DNA from: an uncultured Chloroflexia bacterium
GTDB taxonomy: Bacteria > Chloroflexota > Limnocylindria > Limnocylindrales > CSP1-4
Direction: 5' to 3'
Length of the DNA: 64,000 nt
NCBI GenBank assembly: GCA_963720755.1
Contig: CAVRGP010000011.1
Coordinates: 96,001 to 160,000, forward strand
Shown here: positions 1 through 10,392 of the stretch, piece by piece
How the letters are laid out: every line of letters starts with the position of its first letter
How positions within the stretch are numbered: position 1 is the stretch's first letter
Made by a program: the position numbers and the translations under genes
The notes under the pieces: generated by a model
Seen by the model: only the letters and a program-made list of their open reading frames with translations
Database searches by the model: none
Told to the model about the DNA's origin: nothing

Positions 1-243
1 ACCGATCTGCGCCAGCGCGGCGGCGCGGTCGTGCCAGGGATCGATCCCGCCGACGGTCAGGCTGCCCTCCGTCGGCCGTTCGAAGCCGACCCATGCCTTC
101 AGGAGCGTCGACTTGCCCGATCCGTTGGGTCCGACGAGCGCGGTGATGCTCCCGTCCGGCACAGAGACGTCGAGGTGGCGGAGTGCCCAGGTGCGGCGCC
201 CGTACCGCTTGCCGATGTCGTGGGTCTCGAGGATCGCCACCAT
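1..243 (-). CDS. ABC transporter ATP-binding protein (5' part; runs off window)
   Basis: Manual translation from ATG at 243: MVAILETHDIGKRYGRRTWALRHLDVSVPDGSITALVGPNGSGKSTLLK, with Walker A GPNGSGKST. Absent from the ORF track. Confidence 0.9.
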   Translation of the reverse strand, partial: MVAILETHDIGKRYGRRTWALRHLDVSVPDGSITALVGPNGSGKSTLLKAWVGFERPTEGSLTVGGIDPWHDRAAALAQIG

Positions 244-329
244 GCCTCCGAACGGAGGGGCGCCCGACGGGCGGTCCGTGGATGCTACTCGACGCGGCTG
301 CCACGGGAGACGACCGCTACGATGGTGCC

Positions 330-1334
330 GTGCCGAACCTCGCCTTCCCGCGCCCGCTGCCCCGGCCCCGAGGCCGGCGCCACGCCGTGCCGGTCGACAC
401 GATCTCGATGGTCGATGTCTCCGTGCCGGACATCATCGAGGCATCCGGCATCCGGTGGATCCATATCGAGTCGCCGCGGATGGCCGACCGCGACTGGCTC
501 GAGAGTCACTTCGACTTCCACCCGCTCGACTACGAGGACGTCTACTCGCGGAACAACCGGCCGAAGCTGGACCAGTACGACGACTACGTGTTCATCGTCC
601 TGCACTTTCCGCTGTTCGAGAAAGAGACCGGCCGGATCCTGACCGCCGAGCTGGACTTGTTCATGGGTCCGGACTTCATGATCACCCTGCCGAACATCCC
701 GCTACCGCCGCTGACCGCGATGTTCGAGCGCTATCGCGAGAAGGCGGACCTGCGCGAGGCGACCTTCTCGAAGGGATCCGGCTACCTCCTCTACAAGATC
801 GCCGACACCTGCGTGGATGCCTCGTTCCCGATGCTCCGGAAGATGGCGGTCAAGCTCGATCGGATCGAAGACGACATCTTCGAAGGTCGTTCGTCTGAGA
901 TCGTCCGCGACATCTCGGAGGCGAAGCAGGAGATCATCAACTTCCGGCGGATCGTCCGACCCCAGCGGGCGGTCCTGCGTGATCTGGAGCGGACGAAGCA
1001 GCGCTACTTCCAGGAAGAACTCGAGATCTACTTCGACGACATCTCGGATGCCGCCGAGCGGATCTGGGACACCCTCGAGAACTACAAGGAAGTCATCGAG
1101 GCGCTGGAGTCCACGAACGAATCGGTGTTGTCACACCGCCTGAACGACTCGTTTCGCATCCTGACAGCGGTGAGCGTCGTCCTCCTGCCGCTCACCCTCA
1201 TCGCCAGCATCTTCGGGATGAATGTCCCGGTCCCGGGAGAACGCCAGGAATTCTCGTTCCTCGCGATCATGCTGATGATGGGCGTGCTGCTCATCCTGTT
1301 GGTCGCCTACTTCCGTCGACAGGGCTGGCTGTAG
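330..1334 (+). CDS. corA: CorA-family Mg2+/Co2+ transporter
   Basis: FGMN signature between two C-terminal TM helices; FHPL..ED and RPKLD motifs. Start placed at GTG 330, 6 nt after -10-like TACGAT. Confidence 0.9.
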   Translation: MPNLAFPRPLPRPRGRRHAVPVDTISMVDVSVPDIIEASGIRWIHIESPRMADRDWLESHFDFHPLDYEDVYSRNNRPKLDQYDDYVFIVLHFPLFEKETGRILTAELDLFMGPDFMITLPNIPLPPLTAMFERYREKADLREATFSKGSGYLLYKIADTCVDASFPMLRKMAVKLDRIEDDIFEGRSSEIVRDISEAKQEIINFRRIVRPQRAVLRDLERTKQRYFQEELEIYFDDISDAAERIWDTLENYKEVIEALESTNESVLSHRLNDSFRILTAVSVVLLPLTLIASIFGMNVPVPGERQEFSFLAIMLMMGVLLILLVAYFRRQGWL

Positions 1335-1347
1335 GCCCTTCGGACTG

Positions 1348-2493
1348 TCAGGCAGGCAGGTCCCGCTCGGCCGGTCCGACGTATCGGACATTCGGCCGGA
1401 TGAGGTGGTCCGCCGCCGCCTGCTCGAGGGCGTGCGACGTCCAGCCAGCGTGGCGGGCCAGCGAGAACGCCGCGGGGAACAGGTCCGGAGCGAGACCGAC
1501 GCCCATGAGCACCGGCGCGGCGTAGTACTCGACATTCGTCTTGAGGGCGCGTTCCGGGTGCTTCTCGGCCAGGACGCGAAGGACGACATCCTCGACTTCG
1601 ATCGCTCGTTCCAGCCAATCCGGGCGGTGCTCCATCCCCTCGGCCACAGTCCTTAGGGCGGCGGCGCGGGGATCGTAGGCTCGATAGACGCGGTGCCCGA
1701 AGCCCATCAGGCGCTCGCCGCGGTCGATGGCCCCCCGGACCCAGATCTCGGCCGACTCGGCGGTGGCCATCTGGCTCAGCTGGTCCACGACCTCGGACGG
1801 CGCTCCACCGTGGAGCGGCCCCTTCATCGTGCCGATGGCGGCCACGACGGCCGACGCGATGTCGGACCGGGTCGAGGTGACGACCCGGGCGGTGAAGGTC
1901 GAGGCGTTGAAGCCGTGTTCCGCACCGACGATGAAGTAGGCGTCGAGCGCTCGCGCGGTGCCCGCGTCCGGGCGCTCCCCGTTGAGTTGGTACAGGAAGC
2001 CCTCGACCAGGTCGAGGGTCGGGTCCGGATCGATCGGTTCGTTGCCGGCGCGCAACCTGGCGAAGGCGGCAAGCGCCGACGGCGAGAAGGAGGTCAGCGC
2101 CCGAGCCTGCTCGATGGTGGGCGGCCACGGCAGGTTCCTGGTGGCGCCCCACGCCGACACGGCAGTCCGCAGGGCATCCATCGGCTTCGTCGTGGCGGGC
2201 AGGGTCCGCAGGACCGTCATGACTTCGGGCGGGATCTCGCCGGTCGGCAGTCGATGATCCGGATCCCAGTCACCCGTCCAGAGCATGTTGGCGACGGCAG
2301 GGTAGGTGCCATGGGCCACGAGATCGCCGATCCGATAGCCCCGATACGTCAATCGCCCACGCTCGCCATCGACGAGACTCAGGCTTGTCTCGCCGGCGAT
2401 CACGCCGGCGAGGCCGGGCGAGTAGGGTGCGGGCGCCGATTCCGGGGCCGGCGTGGCCGTGGTGGGGGCGGTGGCAGCGTTCGCGTCAGGCAT
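1348..2493 (-). CDS. Citrate synthase (short type; 2-methylcitrate synthase not excluded)
   Basis: GLAGV, L.YRGY, EHGFNASTF, GPLHGGA, MGFGHRVY and NVEYY motifs. Confidence 0.9.
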   Translation of the reverse strand: MPDANAATAPTTATPAPESAPAPYSPGLAGVIAGETSLSLVDGERGRLTYRGYRIGDLVAHGTYPAVANMLWTGDWDPDHRLPTGEIPPEVMTVLRTLPATTKPMDALRTAVSAWGATRNLPWPPTIEQARALTSFSPSALAAFARLRAGNEPIDPDPTLDLVEGFLYQLNGERPDAGTARALDAYFIVGAEHGFNASTFTARVVTSTRSDIASAVVAAIGTMKGPLHGGAPSEVVDQLSQMATAESAEIWVRGAIDRGERLMGFGHRVYRAYDPRAAALRTVAEGMEHRPDWLERAIEVEDVVLRVLAEKHPERALKTNVEYYAAPVLMGVGLAPDLFPAAFSLARHAGWTSHALEQAAADHLIRPNVRYVGPAERDLPA

Positions 2494-2547
2494 GGTCGTT
2501 GTTTCCCCTTGTGTGTGTCGATGGTAGTCCCCGGCTGCGGCGTTTGC

Positions 2548-3360
2548 TCAGGCGAGGAACGTGACGATCGACTCGACAAGGAGATCCGGATGGGTGTGAT
2601 GCGCCGCGTGGCGTGCACCTTCGATGATCGCGACACGACCGTCCGCGAGCTTCGCATCGAGGGCGACCGTGGCATCGCGAAACACCGGCAGGCTGTCGCC
2701 GCCCAGGACCTGCAGGACCGGCTGGCGGACGGCACCAAGTCGCTCGATCGAGGCGGCCGGATCCGCTTCCGCCCGGAGTTCCCGGAGGATCGTTCCGGCC
2801 GCATCGACTCGGGTCGGCCAGATCGGGTTGTGGCGATAGGCGGCGAGGTCGGCGGCGGACATCCCGACGACCTCGGACAGGAACATGGCCAGGGCACCAG
2901 CGAGGTCGCCGGACGCGATCCGGCGCTGGAGCCGGTCCTCGATCCCGAGCGGGTGGTAGGACGCGCCCGGCGGCGTCGGCGCTCCTTCGTAGGAGACGAT
3001 CCGCCCCACGCGTTCGGTCAGCAGCGCTGCCCCGAGCGCACACCGCCCTCCGTAGGAGTGACCGAAGACGTCGACCCGCTCAGCGGGTCGGGCAACGGCG
3101 TCGGCGACGGCCGCGACATCCTCGAACTCACGCTCGATCGCATAATCCGGGCCATCGCCCGATGCCCCCCGCCCGCGCCGATCGATGGTGTGGACGGTGA
3201 ACGTCGCGGCCAGGATCGGCCCGATGACCCGGAAGGCCGTGTGATCGGCCGTCGCACCATGGACGAGGATGAGCGGCGGGCCGGTCCCACTGGTGAAGAC
3301 CGCGATCGGCGTCCCGTCCGGCGAGATGACCTGGCGGCTCGGCTTGGCGGCGCCGGTCAG
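2548..3360 (-). CDS. Alpha/beta hydrolase (probable CTG start)
   Basis: Frame stays open upstream of the track ORF (3009) to a stop at 3385-3387 and contains LILVHG, DRRGRGASGD and nucleophile elbow GHSYGG; C-terminal EGARH. Confidence 0.8.
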   Translation of the reverse strand: MTGAAKPSRQVISPDGTPIAVFTSGTGPPLILVHGATADHTAFRVIGPILAATFTVHTIDRRGRGASGDGPDYAIEREFEDVAAVADAVARPAERVDVFGHSYGGRCALGAALLTERVGRIVSYEGAPTPPGASYHPLGIEDRLQRRIASGDLAGALAMFLSEVVGMSAADLAAYRHNPIWPTRVDAAGTILRELRAEADPAASIERLGAVRQPVLQVLGGDSLPVFRDATVALDAKLADGRVAIIEGARHAAHHTHPDLLVESIVTFLA

Positions 3361-4175
3361 CGCGGGATCTCCGCCGCTGCGGCCTCATCAAGGATCCAGG
3401 TGGCCCCGGCTCGGCGTGCCAACTGAGCGGGCCACCGGCGCGGATCCCATTCTGGTCCGAAGATCTTGCCGATGACCGGGGCCTTATCCGCACCGAAGGC
3501 GACGACGATGACGTGGCGGGCCGCTCCGACCAGTGCCGGGTTGAGGGTGACGCGCTCGAGGTGCGGCTCGATGTGGACGGGAGCGGGAACGGCCAGGACC
3601 GTTTCGGTCGCGTCGAACGCCAGCGAGCCCGGGAAGACCGACAGGATGTGGCCGTCCGGTCCGACACCGAGCAGGATGAGATCGAGGGCCGGCCAGCCGC
3701 CGGGCTGCTTCGGCGTGACGTCGCGGAGGGTTTGGGCCAGCGACCATGCGCACCAGGTCGCGCCCGAGCCACGACCGATCGCCTCCGCCGTCGGGAACGG
3801 ATGGACCTGGCTGAGCGGGATCGGCACGGCCCGCATCACGCCCTCGGTCCCTTCCTCGGCTTGCCCGATGGCGAGCATGATGTCGTCGAAGGGCTTGACG
3901 TTCGACTCGGGGTGGTCGCGCGGGACGAACCGGTCGTCACCCCACCAGACGTGGACGTCGCTCCAGGGGACCGCGTCCACCAGGGGGGTCGACGCGAGGT
4001 TCCGATAGATCCCGGTCGGGCTGGAGCCCCCGGTCGTGGCCCAATCTGCCCGGCCGCGCTCCGAAACGGTGGCACGGAGTTGTGCGGCGATTCGGTCCGA
4101 TGCGACGGCTTCGCATGCCACGGCATCCGGCACGATGATGACCTCGGGTTCGTCCACGGTCGGGTGACCGGTCAT
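3357..4175 (-). CDS. pgl: 6-phosphogluconolactonase
   Basis: TGGSSP, WWGDDRFVP.DHPESN and LGVGPDGHILSVFPG motifs; in the zwf operon. Confidence 0.92.
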   Translation of the reverse strand: MTGHPTVDEPEVIIVPDAVACEAVASDRIAAQLRATVSERGRADWATTGGSSPTGIYRNLASTPLVDAVPWSDVHVWWGDDRFVPRDHPESNVKPFDDIMLAIGQAEEGTEGVMRAVPIPLSQVHPFPTAEAIGRGSGATWCAWSLAQTLRDVTPKQPGGWPALDLILLGVGPDGHILSVFPGSLAFDATETVLAVPAPVHIEPHLERVTLNPALVGAARHVIVVAFGADKAPVIGKIFGPEWDPRRWPAQLARRAGATWILDEAAAAEIPR

Positions 4176-5437
4176 GATCGTCGGCCGCCATCCGAGCGAT
4201 CATCCCCGACCAGGGACGCGGCCGCGCGCAGGGCGCCCACCGCCACCGGATCGCGCCGCCCGGATTCGATCGCGTCGGCGAGCAGGTCGACCTCGCCCCG
4301 CCGGGGCGCCCGGAAACGGCGGTCGAGGGCCTCGACGCCATCGAGCCAGACCCGCGACCGGACCGTTTCGGCCTCCGCCGTCACGTCGGCGCGGAGTTCC
4401 GATCCTCGTCGTTCGGCCAGCAATTCGACACGCAGGGTCGTGCCGGCCGGCATCGCCGACAGGAGTGGTCTGATGACCACGGCGACGTCGCCGCGACCAT
4501 CCGACAGCGTCGCGACCTGACCCCGGCCGGTCGTGGGTCGGCCGGCGGCCGGCCGCGCGTTCGCCGGGCGTGCTGCGCTCTGCGGCCCCCCGGCCACGGT
4601 CAGGGGCTTCACGACCGAGAGGCCGAGACGCGAGGCGAGCCAACCGACGTGGTAGATCGGTTTGACGAGGTTGGTCGAGCTCGGATCATCGGTCTCGTCG
4701 TGGGTCGCATAGGTGACCGCGATCCGCCGGAGCGAGCGCAGGTACGGGAGGAAATCCTGGTCGTCGAAGATCGAGGCGATCGCTTCGCGCCAGCGGGACT
4801 GACGCTCGAGGGCGAAGTCGCTGATGGCCAGATTCGACGTGTCGAGGAGTCGGGCCATCTGGCGAAGCCGGGTGAGGCCATCCGAGCTCCAGGTCGACCC
4901 GTCGACCACAAGACGATCGGCCCCGGCGAGGAGCCGTCCCGCCGCCGTGCTGGTCAGGGCCGGTTCGCCGGGCCACCAGACCGTGACCGGCAGGTCATGG
5001 ATGATCAGCGGCGTGGCGATGGCCGTCAGATGCCGACCTGCTTCCCCGCCGGAGCGGATGTGGATCGTCTCTGCACACGTCTCCGCAACGCCGGCATTCG
5101 GCAGGACGCAGTGGGCCTCGATCCGCGCGTCGAGCCAGGAGGGCCCGTCCGGATCGGCTGACTGGATGACCACGGTCCGCGACGGGAGTCGGCCCGTGAG
5201 CGCCTGGATCGTGGCGGCGCTTCGCTCGGCCAGTTCCGGGCCGGGCGCGATGACGATGAGGTTCATCACGTTCGTCCTGGCCGCCACGGTCCCGGTCAGA
5301 TCGCCGTCCGTGTGGCCCGGATGATCCTGGGCGACCCACATCCGGCTGATCTCCGTCTCGATCTCGGCGATGCTGTGCGCCCGTGCCGACCAGCGCAGGG
5401 CAGGCTCCGCGATGCGAGCAGACGCCTCGGTCGTCAT
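4172..5437 (-). CDS. opcA: G6PD assembly protein OpcA
   Basis: Directly downstream of zwf; PSRTVVI, DLPVTVWWPG, DRLVVDG and WLASRLG motifs. Start MTTEAS at 5437. Confidence 0.85.
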   Translation of the reverse strand: MTTEASARIAEPALRWSARAHSIAEIETEISRMWVAQDHPGHTDGDLTGTVAARTNVMNLIVIAPGPELAERSAATIQALTGRLPSRTVVIQSADPDGPSWLDARIEAHCVLPNAGVAETCAETIHIRSGGEAGRHLTAIATPLIIHDLPVTVWWPGEPALTSTAAGRLLAGADRLVVDGSTWSSDGLTRLRQMARLLDTSNLAISDFALERQSRWREAIASIFDDQDFLPYLRSLRRIAVTYATHDETDDPSSTNLVKPIYHVGWLASRLGLSVVKPLTVAGGPQSAARPANARPAAGRPTTGRGQVATLSDGRGDVAVVIRPLLSAMPAGTTLRVELLAERRGSELRADVTAEAETVRSRVWLDGVEALDRRFRAPRRGEVDLLADAIESGRRDPVAVGALRAAASLVGDDRSDGGRRS

Positions 5438-5447
5438 CGCTCCGTCC

Positions 5448-7139
5448 TCAGATGCGGCGCCAGGCGCGCCCATCGCGATCGAGCAACCGATCGGCTGCTT
5501 CCGGGCCCCACGTGCCGGCATCGTAGTTCGGGAAGTGCGGTTCCGCTGCGGTCGCCCAGGTCTCGACGATCGGGTCGACGATCCCCCACGCCTCCTCGAC
5601 CTCGTCCGCCCGGGTGAACAGCGACGCGTCACCCTGCAGCGCGTCGAGGATGAGCGTCTCGTATGCGTCCGGCGAATCGACGCTGAATGCCGACCCGTAG
5701 GTGAAGTCCATCGCCACCGACCGGACGTCGAGGCCGAGGCCGGGGACCTTGGCTCCGAATCGAAGCATGATCCCCTCATCCGGCTGGATCCTGATCACCA
5801 GCAGGTTCGCGTCCGGCGCGACGCCCTGATCTTCGAACAGGCGGTGCGGGACTTCTCGGTACTGGATGGCGATCTCGGTCGCCCGCTTGGGCAAGCGCTT
5901 CCCGGTCCGGATGTAGAACGGCACTCCGGACCAGCGCCAGTCGTCGATCGTCAGCTTCGCGGCCACGTACGTCTCGGTCTCGGATGCGGGGTCGACCGCC
6001 TCTTCCTCGCGATAGCCGAGGACCTGGGTCGCGGAGACCCAGCCCGGCCCGTACTGGCCGCGAACCACGTCGCTCGCCGGGTCGGTCGAGATCGCCCGGA
6101 GCACCTTGACCTTCTCGTCGCGCAGGGCGTCGGCCTGGAACGTGGCCGGCGGTTCCATCGCGATCAGGCTGACCAGCTGGAGGAGATGGTTCTGGAGGAC
6201 GTCGCGTGACGCGCCGGTCTGCTCATAGAACGCGCCCCGACTTTCGATCCCGATCGACTCCGCCACCGTGATCTGGACGTGGTCGACGTAGCGGCGATTC
6301 CAGAGTGGCTCGAAGATCCCGTTCCCGAAGCGGAAGACCAGGAGGTTGCGGACGGTCTCCTTCCCCAGGTAGTGATCGATGCGATAGACCTGCGTTTCGC
6401 GGAAGACCTTGCCGACCTCGCGATTCAGGCGCCGCGCCGAGTCGAGATCGTGGCCGAACGGCTTTTCGACGACGATCCGGCGCCACCCACCGTCGTGCCG
6501 CTCGTGGTCCAGACCCGCCCGGCCGAGCTGTGCGACGATCTCGGCGAACTGGGCCGGTTGCGTCGCGAGGTAATAGAGCCGGTTGCCACGGGTCCCGTGT
6601 TCCTCATCGTGCCCGTCGAGGGCCACGGCCAGCTCGTCGAAGCCGTCGGTGTCGTCGAAGTCGAGGCGGTGATATTCGATCCGTTCCGCGAACAATTCCC
6701 AGGCATCGACATCGATAGGGAGGACCCGGCTGAACTTCTCGAGGGCAGCCCGGAGCTCTGCCCGGAACGTCTGGTCGTCGTACGGTCGCCGACCGATGGC
6801 GACGAGGGTGAACTCGTGGGGCAGGAGGTTGTTGCGCCACAGCTGGTAGAGCGCGGGGATGACCTTGCGATGGGCGAGGTCGCCGGTCGCGCCGAAGAGG
6901 ACGAGGATCGACGGGTCAGGGACCCGCTCCAGGCGGAGGCCCTCGCGAAGCACGTTCTGGGCCGGCTTGGCCCGTGACGGTCGGCGACCCTCCCGCGACG
7001 CACGCAGCTCCTTCATCGTCGCCGGCGTTTCCTTCGGACGGGGCGCCGGGCGGGCCGGGACTGGTTGATCGCTCGGGACGTCGACGGGAGCCCGGCGGCG
7101 TGGCTTCGCGCTCGGGGTCCGGGGTCGGGTCGCCGCCAT
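5448..7139 (-). CDS. zwf: Glucose-6-phosphate 1-dehydrogenase
   Basis: GATGDLAHRK, EKPFGHD, YRIDHYLGKE and QNHLLQ motifs. Confidence 0.97.
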   Translation of the reverse strand: MAATRPRTPSAKPRRRAPVDVPSDQPVPARPAPRPKETPATMKELRASREGRRPSRAKPAQNVLREGLRLERVPDPSILVLFGATGDLAHRKVIPALYQLWRNNLLPHEFTLVAIGRRPYDDQTFRAELRAALEKFSRVLPIDVDAWELFAERIEYHRLDFDDTDGFDELAVALDGHDEEHGTRGNRLYYLATQPAQFAEIVAQLGRAGLDHERHDGGWRRIVVEKPFGHDLDSARRLNREVGKVFRETQVYRIDHYLGKETVRNLLVFRFGNGIFEPLWNRRYVDHVQITVAESIGIESRGAFYEQTGASRDVLQNHLLQLVSLIAMEPPATFQADALRDEKVKVLRAISTDPASDVVRGQYGPGWVSATQVLGYREEEAVDPASETETYVAAKLTIDDWRWSGVPFYIRTGKRLPKRATEIAIQYREVPHRLFEDQGVAPDANLLVIRIQPDEGIMLRFGAKVPGLGLDVRSVAMDFTYGSAFSVDSPDAYETLILDALQGDASLFTRADEVEEAWGIVDPIVETWATAAEPHFPNYDAGTWGPEAADRLLDRDGRAWRRI

Positions 7140-7145
7140 CGAGCG

Positions 7146-8045
7146 CTACTCGGTCTTGACTTCGTGCCCGCCGAACTCGTTGCGCAGGGCGGCCAGCACC
7201 TTGGCCCCGTACGAGTCGTCCTGGCGCGAGCGGAAGCGCGTCAGCAGCGACAGGGTGATGATCGGCGCAGGGACGTCGTGGTCGATCGCCTCCTGGATCG
7301 TCCAGCGGCCCTCACCGGAATCGGCCACGAACCCCTTGAGATGGTCCAGGTCCTGGCCGTTCGATCGGAACGCCCGACCGGCAAGCTCGAGCAGCCACGA
7401 GCGAACGACCGATCCCTGCATCCACAGGTCGGAGATGGCTGCGAAGTCGAGGTCATAGTCACCCGCGTGCATGATCTCGAAGCCCTCGGCATAGGCCTGC
7501 ATCAGGCCGTATTCGATGCCGTTGTGGACCATCTTCACGTAGTGGCCGGCGCCGGGCCCGCCGACGTGCAGGTAGCCATCCGGAGGCGCCAGCGAGGTGA
7601 AGACCGGGACCAGCGGCTCGACCGCCGAGGCATCGCCGCCGACCATCAGGCAATAGCCCACCTGGAGACCCCAGACCCCGCCCGAGACGCCGGCATCGAC
7701 GTAGCGAATGCCCTTGGCTGCGAGTCCGCGGTGGCGGCCCACATCGTCATGGAAGTTGGTATTGCCGCCGTCGATGATCGTGTCGCCCGGCTCCAGGTGC
7801 TCGAGCAGCTCGGCGATCTGGGCCTCAGTCGCGTCGCCGGCCGGGACCATGACCCAGACGGCGCGGGGTTTCTCGAGTGCCGCGACGAGTTCCGCGATCG
7901 AGAAGGTCGCCGTCGGCCCTTCTTCGGCGATCTCCCGGGTCTTCTCCGGCGTCCGGTTGTAGATGACGATCTCGTGGCCGTCGCGGACCAGCCGGCGGAC
8001 CATGTTGGCCCCCATCCGGCCGAGCCCGATGAACCCGATGCGCAT
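7146..8045 (-). CDS. gnd: 6-phosphogluconate dehydrogenase, decarboxylating (short type)
   Basis: IGLGRMG, DGGN, KMVHNGIEYG, SGEGRW and RNEFGGH motifs. Confidence 0.95.
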   Translation of the reverse strand: MRIGFIGLGRMGANMVRRLVRDGHEIVIYNRTPEKTREIAEEGPTATFSIAELVAALEKPRAVWVMVPAGDATEAQIAELLEHLEPGDTIIDGGNTNFHDDVGRHRGLAAKGIRYVDAGVSGGVWGLQVGYCLMVGGDASAVEPLVPVFTSLAPPDGYLHVGGPGAGHYVKMVHNGIEYGLMQAYAEGFEIMHAGDYDLDFAAISDLWMQGSVVRSWLLELAGRAFRSNGQDLDHLKGFVADSGEGRWTIQEAIDHDVPAPIITLSLLTRFRSRQDDSYGAKVLAALRNEFGGHEVKTE

Positions 8046-8049
8046 CCCG

Positions 8050-9834
8050 TCAGCCCTCCGTCGTCGTCTCGAGGGCTGCCGCGAGGGCCCGTTCCAGGGC
8101 GGCCAGGCCGGCGTCAGGGTCCGCCCCGAGGTGGACCCGCAGGATCGGCAGGTCATGGGATTCGATCGCGCCGAAGTCACCGGCCGCCTGGGCGTCGATC
8201 AGTTGCCCGAAGGTGTACGGCCAGTCCGGGATGTCGACGTCGGTCGGGTGGTCCGAGGTGAGCTGGACGAACAGCCCGATCGGTGCTCCGCCCTTGTGGA
8301 GCTGGCCGGTCGAGTGCAGGAAGCGGGGGCCATAGCCCGCCGTCGTGGCTCGGCCGGTCCTGTCGCGGAGCAAGGTCCGGATCCGGGCGAACGCCTCGTC
8401 CCGCGCGGGGCTCGGCGCGATGAACGCCTGCAGACAGAGGTACCCGTCGGGGCGTCGTCGGGCGAGATGGCGGGTCAGTTCGCCGACGACGTCGCCCGCG
8501 CCAGCCGTCAGGCGCAGCACCGCGTCACCGAACAGGGTCAGTCCGTCGCCTCGGGCGATCGGCTCGATGGGTGGTGCCCCTGCCGATCGATCATCGTGCT
8601 CGCCGACGGCCTCGAGCACGTCCCGGGTCAACTGCTTCGCCTCCTCGACATTGGGTTGATCGAACGGGTCGATGCCGAGGACGACGCCCGCGATCGCGGT
8701 CGCCACTTCCCACCGGATGAATTCTGCGCCGAGGTCGATCGGGTCGTTGATCTCGATCCGCACGACCGGATGACCGGCGCCCTCGAGCGCCGCAGCGAGG
8801 GCATCGCGCTCGCCGCCATCCGCATCGGCCAGGGCGATCCGGACGAACGCCCGGTCGGTCCCGTAGGTGTCGACCGCTCCGAGGGGCTCGAGGTCGATCG
8901 GCACGACCCCGACCCCGTGTTTGCCGGTGCTCTCGGCGATCAGCTGCTCGACCCACGCACCGAAGCTGACGATCTCGTCGTCGGTGAGGAAGGTCAACTT
9001 GTCGCGCCCGGCTTTCGCCAGGGTCCCGATCGCGATCCCGAGCGACAGGCCCGGGTTGATCGCGGGATCCGGCTCTCGGCACGCCCCGAGCATCGCCGAC
9101 GCCGAAGCGATCAGGGCATCGAGGTCGATCCCGATGAGTGACGCCGGCACGAGCCCGACGTAGCTCAGCGCGGAATACCGTCCCCCGATGTCCGGCGGAT
9201 TGATGAAGACCTCCCGGAAGTCGTCCGTGTGCGCGATCGCAGCGACGCTCCGGCCGGGGTCGGTGATCGCCGCGAAGTATGCGCCCGGGTGCTCGTAGCG
9301 ATTGTGTGGCACGGCCTCGAGCGCGGCATCGGCGCGAGCCCAGGCGTAGGCCAGGAACGCATTCGGCTCGGTCGTCGTCCCCGACTTCGAGGCGATGATG
9401 ACGAGCGTCCGGATCGGGTCGAGGTCGTCCAGCGTGGCCGAGACCGCGGCCGGGTCGGTGGAGTCCAGGATCCGGATCACCGGATAGCCTTCGAGCGCGC
9501 CGAAGGTGCGATGGAGGACGTCCGGGGCGAGACTGCTGCCGCCCATCCCGGCCACGACGACGGTGGTGTAGCCCTCATCGACGATCGCATCGCCGAATCC
9601 TTCGAGCCCGGCCGTCCGGTCTGCGAAGTGGGCGGGCGCATCGAGCCAACCGAGACGCTCGGCGATCGCCCGCCCGACCCGCTCATCGCCGGTCCACAGG
9701 GTGACGTCGCGAGCGAACAGGCGGTTGGCCCATTCGGCCTCCCGAGCGCGGTCAACCGCCACGGCATACGCGGCGGCGCCGTCGCCAAGGGCCAGGCGAG
9801 GAGCAGCGAGGGCGGTCGAGGCAGAGTCGGTCAT
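8050..9834 (-). CDS. pgi: Glucose-6-phosphate isomerase (Tal-Pgi-type Pgi domain, no transaldolase fusion)
   Basis: GMGGSSL, SKSGTT.E, GGRYS, EQLIAESTGK, PFDQPNVE and HSTGQLHKGG motifs. Confidence 0.9.
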   Translation of the reverse strand: MTDSASTALAAPRLALGDGAAAYAVAVDRAREAEWANRLFARDVTLWTGDERVGRAIAERLGWLDAPAHFADRTAGLEGFGDAIVDEGYTTVVVAGMGGSSLAPDVLHRTFGALEGYPVIRILDSTDPAAVSATLDDLDPIRTLVIIASKSGTTTEPNAFLAYAWARADAALEAVPHNRYEHPGAYFAAITDPGRSVAAIAHTDDFREVFINPPDIGGRYSALSYVGLVPASLIGIDLDALIASASAMLGACREPDPAINPGLSLGIAIGTLAKAGRDKLTFLTDDEIVSFGAWVEQLIAESTGKHGVGVVPIDLEPLGAVDTYGTDRAFVRIALADADGGERDALAAALEGAGHPVVRIEINDPIDLGAEFIRWEVATAIAGVVLGIDPFDQPNVEEAKQLTRDVLEAVGEHDDRSAGAPPIEPIARGDGLTLFGDAVLRLTAGAGDVVGELTRHLARRRPDGYLCLQAFIAPSPARDEAFARIRTLLRDRTGRATTAGYGPRFLHSTGQLHKGGAPIGLFVQLTSDHPTDVDIPDWPYTFGQLIDAQAAGDFGAIESHDLPILRVHLGADPDAGLAALERALAAALETTTEG

Positions 9835-9889
9835 GCGTGTCTCCGAACTGGTGGTCCATGGTACGCCGCCCGCGGTTCGGGGCGGCAGA

Positions 9890-10348
9890 TCAGCGATCGC
9901 GCGCGGCGGCCTCGATGGCGAGCACCTTGTCCAGCCGTCGTTGGTGGCGAGACTCGCCGCTGAACGTCGCGGTGGCGAACGCCCTCGTGCACTCGACGGC
10001 TGGTTCCACGCCGATCACCCGTGCGCCCAGGGTGAGCACGTTCATGTCATCGTGCTCGACCCCCTGGTGGGCCGAGTACGTGTCGTGGCAGACGGCCGCG
10101 CGGACGCCGGGGATCTTGTTGGCGGCGACCGACGCTCCGACCCCGGAACCACAGATCAGGACACCCCGGTCTGCCTGCCCGTTCGCGATCGCATCGCCCA
10201 GGCGCTGGGCGAAGTCCGGGTAGTCGTCGGTCGGGTCGGAGCCGTCACCACCGAGGTCGACGAGTTCATGCCCCGTGCCCGCGAGGCGATCGAGGAGCTC
10301 GTCCTTGAGGGCCGCTCCGGCGTGATCGGCCGCGAATGCGATGCGCAT
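9890..10348 (-). CDS. rpiB: Ribose-5-phosphate isomerase B
   Basis: ADHAG, DYPD, CGSGVG..VAANK and RHQRR motifs. Confidence 0.95.
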   Translation of the reverse strand: MRIAFAADHAGAALKDELLDRLAGTGHELVDLGGDGSDPTDDYPDFAQRLGDAIANGQADRGVLICGSGVGASVAANKIPGVRAAVCHDTYSAHQGVEHDDMNVLTLGARVIGVEPAVECTRAFATATFSGESRHQRRLDKVLAIEAAARDR

Positions 10349-10392
10349 GCATCAAAGCATACGGCGCCGACGTGGCCGTCGATGCGCAGTCC

